Assembly: GCA_041659445.1 (NCBI GenBank)
Contig: JBAZYG010000002.1
Span: forward strand, 90,001 to 122,000
Direction: 5' to 3'
DNA from: Candidatus Saccharimonadota bacterium
GTDB taxonomy: Archaea; Nanobdellota; Nanobdellia; Pacearchaeales; GW2011-AR1
Length of the DNA: 32,000 nt
Shown piece after piece: positions 1 through 6,602 of the stretch. Below the pieces are notes generated by a model. That model did not search any database and was not told the origin of the DNA. It was given only the letters and a program-made list of their open reading frames with translations. The position numbers were made by a program, and so were the translations under genes. Numbering within the stretch: the stretch's first letter is position 1; the number at the start of each line of letters is the position of its first letter.

Positions 1-108
1 TAAAGTAAAACTTTTTTCACCAATAGCTTGTGCTATAGGGAGCATTTTTTTCTCTAGTGGATAACCATTCGGTAAATATTCGATTATTATTGCATATTCT
101 TCTTTCAT
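1..108 (-). CDS. DUF655-like putative RNA-binding protein; only the N-terminal 36 codons are present because the gene runs off the window start
   Basis: Own translation of the minus strand from the ATG at 108 gives MKEEYAIIIEYLPNGYPLEKKMLPIAQAIGEKSFTL. It is open to position 1 and is absent from the ORF track because it is truncated. GGAG lies 9 nt upstream of the ATG. It sits in the conserved archaeal order L21e-RpoF-DUF655, and the EYxxxLDYLPxGYP-type N-terminus is recalled from that family. Confidence 0.6.
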   Translation of the reverse strand, partial: MKEEYAIIIEYLPNGYPLEKKMLPIAQAIGEKSFTL

Positions 109-173
109 TTAAATTTTCTCCTGAATTTCTCTCTGAATTAATTGTTTTTTTATTTTGATTGTCATTATTTTTT

Positions 174-464
174 TTAAATTGCATTTTTAATTGTTTGTAA
201 AATTGTATTTGTTTCATTTTCATCTAAATTCACTTCATGAATAATTTTATTCAAATCTTCTTTATTTTCTGGAAGTAAATCAATTATTTTTGAAATTTGT
301 CTTTCATTAATTTTTATAATATTTAAATTTTCTAATTTTTTTCTTAATTCTTTTGCTTTTTCAGGTGTTAAAGAACTAAATGATTTTATGAAAGATTTTA
401 GATTTACGTTTTTTGTGTACTCGTTAGATTCTGCCATGCTTAAAGGTTTTCTATTGTGTATCAT
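174..464 (-). CDS. rpoF: DNA-directed RNA polymerase subunit F (Rpo4/RpoF-like)
   Basis: 96 aa. The ATG is 1 nt after the rpl21e stop, matching the conserved archaeal rpl21e-rpoF pairing. The helical, Lys/Glu-rich pattern '...ISKIIDLLPENKEDLNKI...' is typical of Rpb4/RpoF. A start at the internal Met (437) is also possible. Confidence 0.6.
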   Translation of the reverse strand: MIHNRKPLSMAESNEYTKNVNLKSFIKSFSSLTPEKAKELRKKLENLNIIKINERQISKIIDLLPENKEDLNKIIHEVNLDENETNTILQTIKNAI

Positions 465-465
465 T

Positions 466-729
466 TTAATTATTTGTTTGTTTCAATTTTTTTAAATGTA
501 CTGGTTCGATTATAAATCTTTTTTCTAAATTTTGGTCTTTTATTTTTACAATGTATGCTTTTCCTCTTTGATCTTCGATTTCTCCTGTTCTTCCTTGAAG
601 TCTTATTGGAAAGCTGAAATTAAGAGAAGATTCAATTACAACTGCGACTTTGTCTCCTTTTTCAAATTTTTGAAAATATCGATTTAGTTTTATTTTTCCC
701 TTTTCACGAACTTTCTTATTTAATAACAT
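466..729 (-). CDS. rpl21e: 50S ribosomal protein L21e (short N-terminus)
   Basis: 'FEKGDKVAVVIESS...RLQGRTGEIEDQRGKAYIVKIKD...KRFIIEPVHLKKL' matches the L21e SH3-like core. The in-frame upstream sequence has no Met and hits a stop at 787-789. A TATA-like box lies about 26 nt upstream of this ATG. Confidence 0.85.
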   Translation of the reverse strand: MLLNKKVREKGKIKLNRYFQKFEKGDKVAVVIESSLNFSFPIRLQGRTGEIEDQRGKAYIVKIKDQNLEKRFIIEPVHLKKLKQTNN

Positions 730-747
730 GAATAACGAAGAAAAATT

Positions 748-760
748 CCCTTTAAAAAGC
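748..760 (-). promoter_or_regulatory. putative BRE/TATA box for rpl21e-rpoF
   Basis: Minus strand gcTTTTTAAAggg. The TATA centre is about 25-26 nt upstream of the ATG at 729. Confidence 0.45.
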
Positions 761-786
761 TTATCTTTTTGTTGCAGAATTATTAA

Positions 787-981
787 CTATGCAAATTTTT
801 TCTTGTCTAGACATTCTCCAGAATTAAAATTCAAATCCCCTCTTTCTTGTGCCGCATCTGTTTCATTTTTTATGTTTGCCCATTGTTTCGGGCCCCAAAC
901 TCCAACGCCACATCTATCACAAATTTCCATTGAACGACTATCTGGAACATCTGATTTACAGTAAACACATTTCTTTGACAT
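787..981 (-). CDS. small Zn-ribbon protein (CxxC...CxxC), function unknown
   Basis: 64 aa with C5-x2-C8 and C21-x2-C24. Same strand as the rpl21e operon, with its own atcTTTAAAt box upstream. The opposite-strand ORF 728-964 is Cys/Phe/Ser-rich and looks like a shadow ORF. Confidence 0.55.
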   Translation of the reverse strand: MSKKCVYCKSDVPDSRSMEICDRCGVGVWGPKQWANIKNETDAAQERGDLNFNSGECLDKKKFA

Positions 982-1005
982 TTTTGCCTCTTTTTACTTT
1001 AAGCA

Positions 1006-1015
1006 ATTTAAAGAT
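1006..1015 (-). promoter_or_regulatory. putative TATA box for the Zn-ribbon gene
   Basis: Minus strand atcTTTAAAt, centred about 28 nt upstream of the ATG at 981. Confidence 0.4.
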
Positions 1016-1060
1016 AATTTAAGTTTTTAAATTTTTGTGTGATTTTTTGCAACTTTTAGT

Positions 1061-1072
1061 AACCTTTAAAAA
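1061..1072 (+). promoter_or_regulatory. putative BRE/TATA box for rpoN
   Basis: aacCTTTAAAAA, centred about 25-26 nt upstream of the ATG at 1094. Confidence 0.5.
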
Positions 1073-1093
1073 CCCCTGTTTAAGAATAATAAT

Positions 1094-1291
1094 ATGATAA
1101 TTCCAGTTAGATGTTTTTCATGTGGAAAACCAATCGGGCATTTGTGGGAAGAATTTAAGAAAAGAGTTTCTTCAGGCGAAGCTCCGAAAAAAATTTTAGA
1201 CGAATTAGGTTTAGAAAGATTCTGTTGCAGAGCAATTTTTTTAGGTCAAGAAGATTTTATTGAGTTAACAGGGAAATTCAAAAAAGCTTAA
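1094..1291 (+). CDS. rpoN: DNA-directed RNA polymerase subunit N (Rpo10/RpoN)
   Basis: 'MIIPVRCFSCGKPIGHLWEEF...LGLERFCCRAIFLG' is the canonical Rpb10/RpoN zinc-bundle signature. Confidence 0.9.
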   Translation: MIIPVRCFSCGKPIGHLWEEFKKRVSSGEAPKKILDELGLERFCCRAIFLGQEDFIELTGKFKKA

Positions 1292-1392
1292 ATTGATTTT
1301 ATTTATATAACTTTTATATATATTTTTTACTAGCAATAATTTTAATAAGTCTAAATTCATTAAATATTTCAGTTTCAGTATCAAAAAGTAAA

Positions 1393-2361
1393 ATGGCAAA
1401 AATAGATAATACAATTTACCTTTCAAAATTAACCTTGCGAGAAAAGATAGGGCAATTAATAATTGTAAAACCTCAAAGATTAGATAAGAGATATATCGAC
1501 GAATTACACGTCGGAGGAATCTTTTTAAATAATTTAAAATCTTCTTCAGAATATTCTGAAGTAATTGGATTTTATCAAGATGTTTCTAAAATAAAATTAT
1601 TTGTTGCAACAGATATGGAAGGATATTTAAATCCGTTCAGTAAATTTTATTCATCAAAAAATTTTAGCGAGATAACTGACGAGCAAGAAGCATATGATTT
1701 GGGAATTGAACAAGGAAAAATTTTGTCTGAATTAGGGTTTAACCTAAATTTCTCTCCTGTAGTTGAAACAAGAAATGAAGTTTGGCCAGGAAGAAGTTTT
1801 ACAGGAACTAAAGAACAAATAAAAGAAAAAATAAATGCTTACATGCAGGGTTTGCGTAAATACAAAATTTTTACAACTGCAAAACATTATCCTGGTGGGA
1901 GTTTAATAAAAAATCCACATTTATTAAAATTTAGGGCACCTATTTTTGAAGAGGATTTAGAATATTTTGATTATGCTATGGACAAAGATGTTGATGCTAT
2001 AATGGTTGGACATCCAATTGTTTATGGAGCAATTGATTCTAATGGTAAGCAAGCATCTCGTTCAAGAGAAATTTTAGAACCTTTAAGAAAAAAATTTGAT
2101 GGTTTGATTATTACCGACGCTGTAACAATGTTGGGTTTAAGGCTTTCTTATTTATTTGATTTTAAGAGCATTTACCCTGATTTAATAAGAGCAGGAAATG
2201 ATATAATCTTAGATACTTCTCTTGGTTCAGGCTATAGCTCTCTTAAAAATAGAATAGAAGAATTAGAAGACCAAATTAAAAAAGGAAAATTATCAGAAGA
2301 AATAATTAATTCAAGAGTAAAAAAAATTCTTGAAAAAAAAGGTTATTTAGTTTTACGTTAA
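1393..2361 (+). CDS. glycoside hydrolase family 3 N-terminal-domain protein (NagZ-like beta-N-acetylhexosaminidase)
   Basis: GH3 motifs are present. 'LTLREKIGQLIIV' is there, 'ATDMEGY' resembles DQEGG, 'KHYPGGS' resembles KHFPGHG, and 'LIITDAVTM' is in the nucleophile Asp context. At 322 aa it is a single-domain, NagZ-sized protein with no obvious signal peptide. Confidence 0.7.
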   Translation: MAKIDNTIYLSKLTLREKIGQLIIVKPQRLDKRYIDELHVGGIFLNNLKSSSEYSEVIGFYQDVSKIKLFVATDMEGYLNPFSKFYSSKNFSEITDEQEAYDLGIEQGKILSELGFNLNFSPVVETRNEVWPGRSFTGTKEQIKEKINAYMQGLRKYKIFTTAKHYPGGSLIKNPHLLKFRAPIFEEDLEYFDYAMDKDVDAIMVGHPIVYGAIDSNGKQASRSREILEPLRKKFDGLIITDAVTMLGLRLSYLFDFKSIYPDLIRAGNDIILDTSLGSGYSSLKNRIEELEDQIKKGKLSEEIINSRVKKILEKKGYLVLR

Positions 2362-2921
2362 TTTTGTTTATTATCAAAGAATTTTTTAATTTTATAATAA
2401 ATTGGTGGCCAATAAGCTGTTGGTAAATGCGGAATGTAATCTTGTATTGGATTTTCTCCTTTTCCAGATTTTCCAGGAACAAGCAAATCAATGTAATTCC
2501 AAAAATTTAATTGATTTATTTTGGTTTTATTCTTAGATAATTTTTTAATAAATTTTGAATTTGTTTGCATTTGTTTTAATCCCTTAAATTTTTTTGAGAA
2601 TAATCTTGGAAGACAAGTTCCTTTTATTGGAGAATGAATCGTTACAATTTTATTAACTAATTTTTCTTTATCCAAAAATTTTGCATAATAGAGAGCAATA
2701 ATTCCTCCTGCACTAAGCCCAATTAAATTTATTTTTTCTTTTTTATTCAAATTAATACTTTTTATAAATTTCTGTAATTCTTTTCCTATTTCTTCAACAC
2801 GCTGAATTAAAAAAGTATTATACTTAAAGTAAATCATTTTATAATCTTTTAAAATTCTTTTGGAAAGAAAAATATCTCTCTTTCCCCCTGTAAATCCAGA
2901 AATATAAACTATTTTTTGCAT
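2358..2921 (-). CDS. alpha/beta-fold hydrolase (lipase/esterase-like)
   Basis: N-terminal beta-strand 'KIVYISGFTGG' and nucleophile elbow 'GLSAGG' (GxSxG). The stop overlaps the convergent GH3 stop at a shared TTAA. Confidence 0.6.
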   Translation of the reverse strand: MQKIVYISGFTGGKRDIFLSKRILKDYKMIYFKYNTFLIQRVEEIGKELQKFIKSINLNKKEKINLIGLSAGGIIALYYAKFLDKEKLVNKIVTIHSPIKGTCLPRLFSKKFKGLKQMQTNSKFIKKLSKNKTKINQLNFWNYIDLLVPGKSGKGENPIQDYIPHLPTAYWPPIYYKIKKFFDNKQN

Positions 2922-2931
2922 TTTTAAAAAA

Positions 2932-3030
2932 TGCGCGAGCCGGGATTCGAACCCGGGTCATCTGGTGACTTCATAAGTTTCGATTAAAAAAGTTTGGAAG
3001 CCAGAGATTCTGCCGCTGAACTACCCACGC
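2932..3030 (-). tRNA. tRNA-Gly(UCC) with an intron of about 28 nt at the canonical 37/38 position; CCA not encoded
   Basis: Hand-folded reverse complement: acceptor GCGTGGG/CTCGCGC with two G-U pairs, D-arm GTTC..GAAT, anticodon stem TCTGG/CCAGA, loop CTTCCA|intron|A, T-arm CCGGG-TTCGAAT-CCCGG, discriminator A. A T6 run follows the 3' end. Confidence 0.8.
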
Positions 3031-3054
3031 TTATAGTTTTGAATTATTTTCTTT

Positions 3055-3066
3055 CTTTTTAAGTTT
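3055..3066 (-). promoter_or_regulatory. putative BRE/TATA box for tRNA-Gly (and possibly the downstream hydrolase)
   Basis: Minus strand aaaCTTAAAAAg, centred about 29 nt upstream of the tRNA 5' end at 3030. Confidence 0.4.
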
Positions 3067-3116
3067 TGTTATTTTTTAATTCCAATGCAATTTTTCGCTA
3101 CAATTTAAGCATAATG

Positions 3117-3124
3117 TTTATTAA
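3117..3124 (+). promoter_or_regulatory. putative TATA box for the membrane protein at 3146
   Basis: TTTATTAA, centred about 25 nt upstream of the ATG. Confidence 0.4.
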
Positions 3125-3145
3125 TTCTAAATCTATTTTTCTAAT

Positions 3146-3637
3146 ATGAATAAAAAAAAGATATTTCTTATTGTAGAACTTTTGATTTTTTTAATTATGT
3201 TTTCTTTAACAATTTTAGAACTATTTAACTTTGAATTATTCAGAAAAATATTTTTATTATTAGTAGAATATATTTCATGGTTTGTTAGTTTTAGCTTTGG
3301 ATATTTAGTATCTGAAATTTTTAAAGATTCTACGATTTCTTTGATTTCAAAATTTTCTAAAAAAAGAGATAAATCTGGAAAAAAAGAAGGAGATGTTTTT
3401 TTAGGGTTTTTAATAATTATAATTTTTGTTGCTATTGGAATTTCATATTTTAAAGATTTTATAAGTAACATCTTCACAAACTTTTTTATTTATTTTCATA
3501 TCCTATTTATGCAATCAATAATTCTTTTATATTTGTTTTATAAAGTCAAATATGATTACGAAATTTCTGTCAAAGTTTTTTTAATAAATGAATTTGTAGT
3601 TTTAATAAATATCTTAATAATACTTCTTTTTACATAA
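3146..3637 (+). CDS. hypothetical multi-pass membrane protein
   Basis: 163 aa with 4-5 hydrophobic segments and a central Lys-rich loop. A TTTATTAA box is centred about 25 nt upstream of the ATG. The antisense ORF 3133-3477 is low-complexity. Confidence 0.5.
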   Translation: MNKKKIFLIVELLIFLIMFSLTILELFNFELFRKIFLLLVEYISWFVSFSFGYLVSEIFKDSTISLISKFSKKRDKSGKKEGDVFLGFLIIIIFVAIGISYFKDFISNIFTNFFIYFHILFMQSIILLYLFYKVKYDYEISVKVFLINEFVVLINILIILLFT

Positions 3638-3638
3638 A

Positions 3639-3739
3639 TGCCCGAGGAAGGATTTGAACCTTCGACCTTCGCATGTCTCCTATTAATTTTGAATTTATTT
3701 TAGGAGTGCGACGCTCTATCCAAACTGAGCTACTCAGGC
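3639..3739 (-). tRNA. tRNA-Arg(CCU) with a 26-nt intron at 37/38; CCA not encoded
   Basis: Hand fold: acceptor GCCTGAG/CTCGGGC, D-arm GCTC-AGTTTGGATA-GAGC, anticodon stem TCGCA/TGCGA, loop CTCCTA|intron|A. The intron carries TAGGAG complementary to the anticodon loop (BHB-type helix). T-arm GAAGG-TTCAAAT-CCTTC, discriminator A. Confidence 0.8.
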
Positions 3740-3819
3740 TTTTTGAATTTTGCTCATGATGGACTAACGAAATTTTAATTTCAGTTTCCAAACTGAGCTA
3801 CTCAGGCTTTTTGAATTTT
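3719..3819 (-). repeat. 33-nt perfect direct repeat with 68-bp period: the tRNA-Arg 5' leader plus tRNA positions 1 to about 21, duplicated as an orphan copy
   Basis: 'tccaaactgagctactcaggctttttgaatttt' occurs at 3719-3751 (part of the real tRNA-Arg) and again at 3787-3819. The second copy lies 5 nt downstream of the tRNA-Leu 3' end on the minus strand and is not followed by the rest of a tRNA. Confidence 0.9.
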
Positions 3820-3824
3820 CGCTA

Positions 3825-3908
3825 TGCGAGAAGAAGGATTCGAACCTTCGCAAGCACTAAGCTACGAGAGCCTTAATCTCGCCCGTTTGACCACTCCGGC
3901 ATTCCCGC
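3825..3908 (-). tRNA. class II (long variable arm) tRNA, Leu-type; the best hand fold gives anticodon AAG
   Basis: Reverse complement GCGGGAA-TG-CCGG-AGTGGTCAA-ACGG-G-CGAGA-TTAAGGC-TCTCG-TAGCTTAGTGCTTGC-GAAGG-TTCGAAT-CCTTC-TTCTCGC-A. It has a 15-nt variable arm and discriminator A, which points to Leu rather than Ser. There is no intron and no encoded CCA. The anticodon register needs tRNAscan-SE confirmation. Confidence 0.75.
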
Positions 3909-3930
3909 ATGAAAAAACTAAAAACTTATC

Positions 3931-3949
3931 ATATAAAAACCTTTATAAA
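3931..3949. promoter_or_regulatory. back-to-back TATA boxes driving tRNA-Leu (-) and 5S rRNA (+)
   Basis: Minus-strand TTTTATAT (3931-3938) is about 26 nt from the tRNA-Leu 5' end at 3908. Plus-strand aacCTTTATAAA (3938-3949) is about 25 nt from the 5S start near 3970. Confidence 0.5.
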
Positions 3950-3969
3950 CTAATAATTTGTTCAAAATT

Positions 3970-4087
3970 CGAAGACAGCCACAGTAGGTTGGAAACACCT
4001 GTTCTCATTCCGAACACAGAAGTTAAGCCTCCTACGTTGTTGGCAGTAGTGTCCCGTAAGACGCAAACCCTTCAAGCTGTCTTCGTC
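3970..4087 (+). rRNA. rrf: 5S ribosomal RNA, stand-alone
   Basis: The conserved core 'CACCTGTTCTCATTCCGAACACAGAAGTTAAGC' is present. Terminal helix I is cgaagacagc (3970-3979) paired with gctgtcttcg (4076-4085). It forms a GC-rich island in AT-rich DNA. The exact ends are uncertain by a few nt. Confidence 0.85.
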
Positions 4088-4108
4088 TAATTTTAAATAT
4101 TTCTCTCT

Positions 4109-4121
4109 AAAACTTTAAATA
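4109..4121 (+). promoter_or_regulatory. putative BRE/TATA box for secF-secD
   Basis: aaaaCTTTAAATA, centred about 25-26 nt upstream of the ATG at 4143. Confidence 0.5.
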
Positions 4122-4142
4122 CCATTTAAAATTATTTTATTA

Positions 4143-5036
4143 ATGGAAGAAAACCCGGAAATACAAAATAAAAAGAATTGGCATGATAAATATTATAAAA
4201 TTCTTTTAATTATTCCAGCAGTTTTAATAATTTTTTGTTTAATATATCTAGGAATTTTTTATTCTAATAACGGAGATTTTATAAGAAAAGATATTTCTTT
4301 GACAGGTGGAACAACTGTAACAATTTATGAAAAATTAGATATTTCTTCGTTAGAATCTTTTTTAAATGATAATTTAAACGAGTATCATGTTCGAGAAGTT
4401 TCAGATTTAATTACAAGAGATCAAATTGCAGTAATTGTTGAAACAACTGCAGACGGAGATACAGCAAAATCTGTTTTAGAAAAATATTTAGGTCATTCAT
4501 TAGACGAAAACAACAGTAGTTTTGAATTTTCAGAATCTTCATTCACAAGAGATTTTTATAAGCAATTACTTATCGCAGTTGCAATTGCTTTTGTTTTAAT
4601 GTCAATTGTTGTATTCATTTTATTCAGAAATTTTGTGCCTTCTATTACAGTTATATTTAGTGTATTTGCAGATATTTTAATGACCATTACATTCGTGGAT
4701 ATAATTGGATTGAAAATTTCAACTGCAGGAATTGTTGCTTTCCTTATGTTAATAGGTTATTCTGTAGATACAGATATTCTTCTTACAAATAGAATTTTAA
4801 AAAGACATGAAGGAACTTTAAATGAAAAAACTAAGGGAGCGTTCAAAACAGGAATAACAATGACTTTAACTTCTTTAGTTGCAGTTGTCGCTTCTCTTTT
4901 TGTTGTTAAATCTTTTTCTCCAATATTAACTCAAATTTTTCTGATAATTTCAATTGGATTAGTTTTTGATATAATTAATACATGGATTACAAATACTTCA
5001 ATAATTAAATGGTATGTTTTATCTCGGAAAAAATAA
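4143..5036 (+). CDS. secF: protein-export membrane protein SecF
   Basis: 297 aa with one N-terminal TM, a small extracytoplasmic domain and a C-terminal 5-TM bundle. It carries 'GYSVDTDILLTNRILKR' (compare GYSINDTIVVFDRIRE) and lies immediately upstream of secD. Confidence 0.85.
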   Translation: MEENPEIQNKKNWHDKYYKILLIIPAVLIIFCLIYLGIFYSNNGDFIRKDISLTGGTTVTIYEKLDISSLESFLNDNLNEYHVREVSDLITRDQIAVIVETTADGDTAKSVLEKYLGHSLDENNSSFEFSESSFTRDFYKQLLIAVAIAFVLMSIVVFILFRNFVPSITVIFSVFADILMTITFVDIIGLKISTAGIVAFLMLIGYSVDTDILLTNRILKRHEGTLNEKTKGAFKTGITMTLTSLVAVVASLFVVKSFSPILTQIFLIISIGLVFDIINTWITNTSIIKWYVLSRKK

Positions 5037-5038
5037 AA

Positions 5039-6568
5039 ATGAGAAAATTAGGTTTTAAAATTTGGCTTTTTATTATTGTTTTAATATTGGCAATTATTTC
5101 TATTTTTGTATCTTCAAATGGAATAAACTTTTTTCAAAAAGGAGTTTTAATAACAAGCGTTGAACAAAATTCAACTGCATTTCAAGAAGGATTGAGACAA
5201 GATCAAATAATTAAAACAATCGACGGTGAAAAAATAGATGATTTAGAAAAGTTCACACTGGTTATTAATCAAAAATTTCCTTCAAATGTTTCTCAAAAAA
5301 CAATTATTGAAACTCAAGATTCTGAAATTATTTTATATTCATCAACTGCTCCAGAAATAATTGTATCAAATATCCCGAAGACTAATATAAAAACAGGATT
5401 AGATTTATCTGGAGGAGCAAGAGCTATAATCAAAGCAAAAGATGTTCAGTTAACTTCACAAGAGGCAAGTGATTTAGCGGATATTATAGAGAATAGAGTT
5501 AATAATTATGGACTTAAAGATATAAAAGTTTCTCCTTTTTCAGATTTATCTGGAAATAATTACGTTCGTATGGAAATTGCAGGAGCAACTCCTAAAGATT
5601 TAAAAGATATGATTGAAAGTCAAGGAAAATTTGAAGCAAAAATTGGAGATGAAATTGTTTTCGTCGGTGGAAATAAGGATATTGCTTCTGTTGGAAGAGA
5701 TGCTCAGAACTCAAGAATAGAATCTTGTGATGGTTCTGATGGAGAGTATTATTGTAAATTTACATTTACAATTACTTTAAGTGCAGATGCAGCAAATAGA
5801 CATGCAAATATAACAAATAATTTATCTGTAAATTCAACACCTCAAGGAAATTATCTTTCTAAACCTTTAGACTTGTATCTCGACGATAAATTTGTAGAAA
5901 GTCTTCAAATAAGTGAGGATTTAAAAGGAAGAGTAACAACACAAATTGCAATTTCTGGTTCTGGAACAGGCACAACAGAAGAAGAAGCTTATGAAGCTGC
6001 AACTGATGAAATGCATAAATTACAAACAATCTTAATAACAGGAAGTTTCCCATATGAATTAGAAGTATTAAAGCTCGACGTGATTTCTCCAAACTTAGGA
6101 AATAAATTTGTTATGATTGTTCTTCTTGCAGGTTTAGCTGCGCTTATAAGTGTGGCAATTGTTGTTTTTATTAAATACAGAAAAATTAAACAATCCCTTG
6201 CTGTTTTAGGAATTGGAATATCTGAAATAATAATTACTTTAGGAGTTGCATCATTACTTAGTATTAATTTAGATTTATCAGCAATAGCAGGTGTTTTAGC
6301 AGCGATAGGGACAGGAGTCAACGACCAAATAGTTATCCTCGATGAAGCAAAAAGAAATACAGAATCTAGTTTGAAAGAAAAAATAAAAAAAGCATTTCAG
6401 GTAATTGTCGGAGCTTATTTAACTTTAGTTGTAGCAATGATTCCTCTTTACCTTGCTGGAGGAGGATTGTTAAAAGGATTTGCATCAACAACAATTATAG
6501 GTTTAACACTGGGTATTTTGATAACACGACCTGCATTTAGTGAAATGATAAAAAGATTTGAAAAGTGA
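5039..6568 (+). CDS. secD: protein-export membrane protein SecD
   Basis: Large extracytoplasmic domain followed by a 5-TM bundle with 'GTGVNDQIVILDE'. I prefer the ATG at 5039 (MRKLGFKIW..., an N-terminal TM), 2 nt after the secF stop, over the track's 5009 start, which overlaps secF. Confidence 0.85.
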   Translation: MRKLGFKIWLFIIVLILAIISIFVSSNGINFFQKGVLITSVEQNSTAFQEGLRQDQIIKTIDGEKIDDLEKFTLVINQKFPSNVSQKTIIETQDSEIILYSSTAPEIIVSNIPKTNIKTGLDLSGGARAIIKAKDVQLTSQEASDLADIIENRVNNYGLKDIKVSPFSDLSGNNYVRMEIAGATPKDLKDMIESQGKFEAKIGDEIVFVGGNKDIASVGRDAQNSRIESCDGSDGEYYCKFTFTITLSADAANRHANITNNLSVNSTPQGNYLSKPLDLYLDDKFVESLQISEDLKGRVTTQIAISGSGTGTTEEEAYEAATDEMHKLQTILITGSFPYELEVLKLDVISPNLGNKFVMIVLLAGLAALISVAIVVFIKYRKIKQSLAVLGIGISEIIITLGVASLLSINLDLSAIAGVLAAIGTGVNDQIVILDEAKRNTESSLKEKIKKAFQVIVGAYLTLVVAMIPLYLAGGGLLKGFASTTIIGLTLGILITRPAFSEMIKRFEK

Positions 6569-6602
6569 AAATATTATTAAACATCTTTATTTTTAATATA
6601 AA

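Noticed and set aside
17-223. 68-aa minus-strand ORF from the track (MKMKQIQFYKQL...)
   Set aside because: It is low-complexity and Lys/Asn-rich, and it overlaps the 3' end of rpoF. It is out of frame with the convincing DUF655-like start at 108 (MKEEYAIIIEYLPNGYP...), which explains this region better.
728-964. 78-aa plus-strand ORF opposite the Zn-ribbon gene
   Set aside because: This is a shadow ORF. It is Phe/Ser/Cys-rich with no motif and no promoter box. The minus-strand ORF has paired CxxC motifs and a promoter box.
3133-3477. 114-aa minus-strand ORF antisense to the membrane-protein gene
   Set aside because: It is low-complexity (Lys/Ile/Asn). The plus-strand ORF has TM-like segments and a correctly spaced TATA box.
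3752-3798. Possible box C/D sRNA in the spacer between the tRNA-Arg repeats (plus-strand ATGATGG ... CTGA, flanked by gctca/tgagc)
   Set aside because: Box C is imperfect. No credible C'/D' boxes exist. The C-to-D distance of about 41 nt is short. The CTGA and part of the 'stem' are simply tRNA D-arm sequence from the duplicated fragment.
3824-4090. 88-aa plus-strand ORF (MREEGFEPSQALSYE...)
   Set aside because: It runs antisense through tRNA-Leu and then straight through the 5S rRNA gene. It is open only because these RNA genes are GC-rich and lack stop codons.
2932-4090. tRNA cluster as an integration hotspot or mobile-element border
   Set aside because: No integrase, transposase or phage-like gene lies within the window. 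The only repeat is the 33-nt tRNA-Arg 5' duplication, reported separately. The flanking genes are housekeeping.
6569-6602. atCTTTATTTTT box upstream of the flippase gene as its promoter
   Set aside because: Its centre is only about 14 nt from the ATG at 6603, too close for the spacing rule. An alternative ATATTATT at about -28 or read-through from secD is possible, so no promoter is called.
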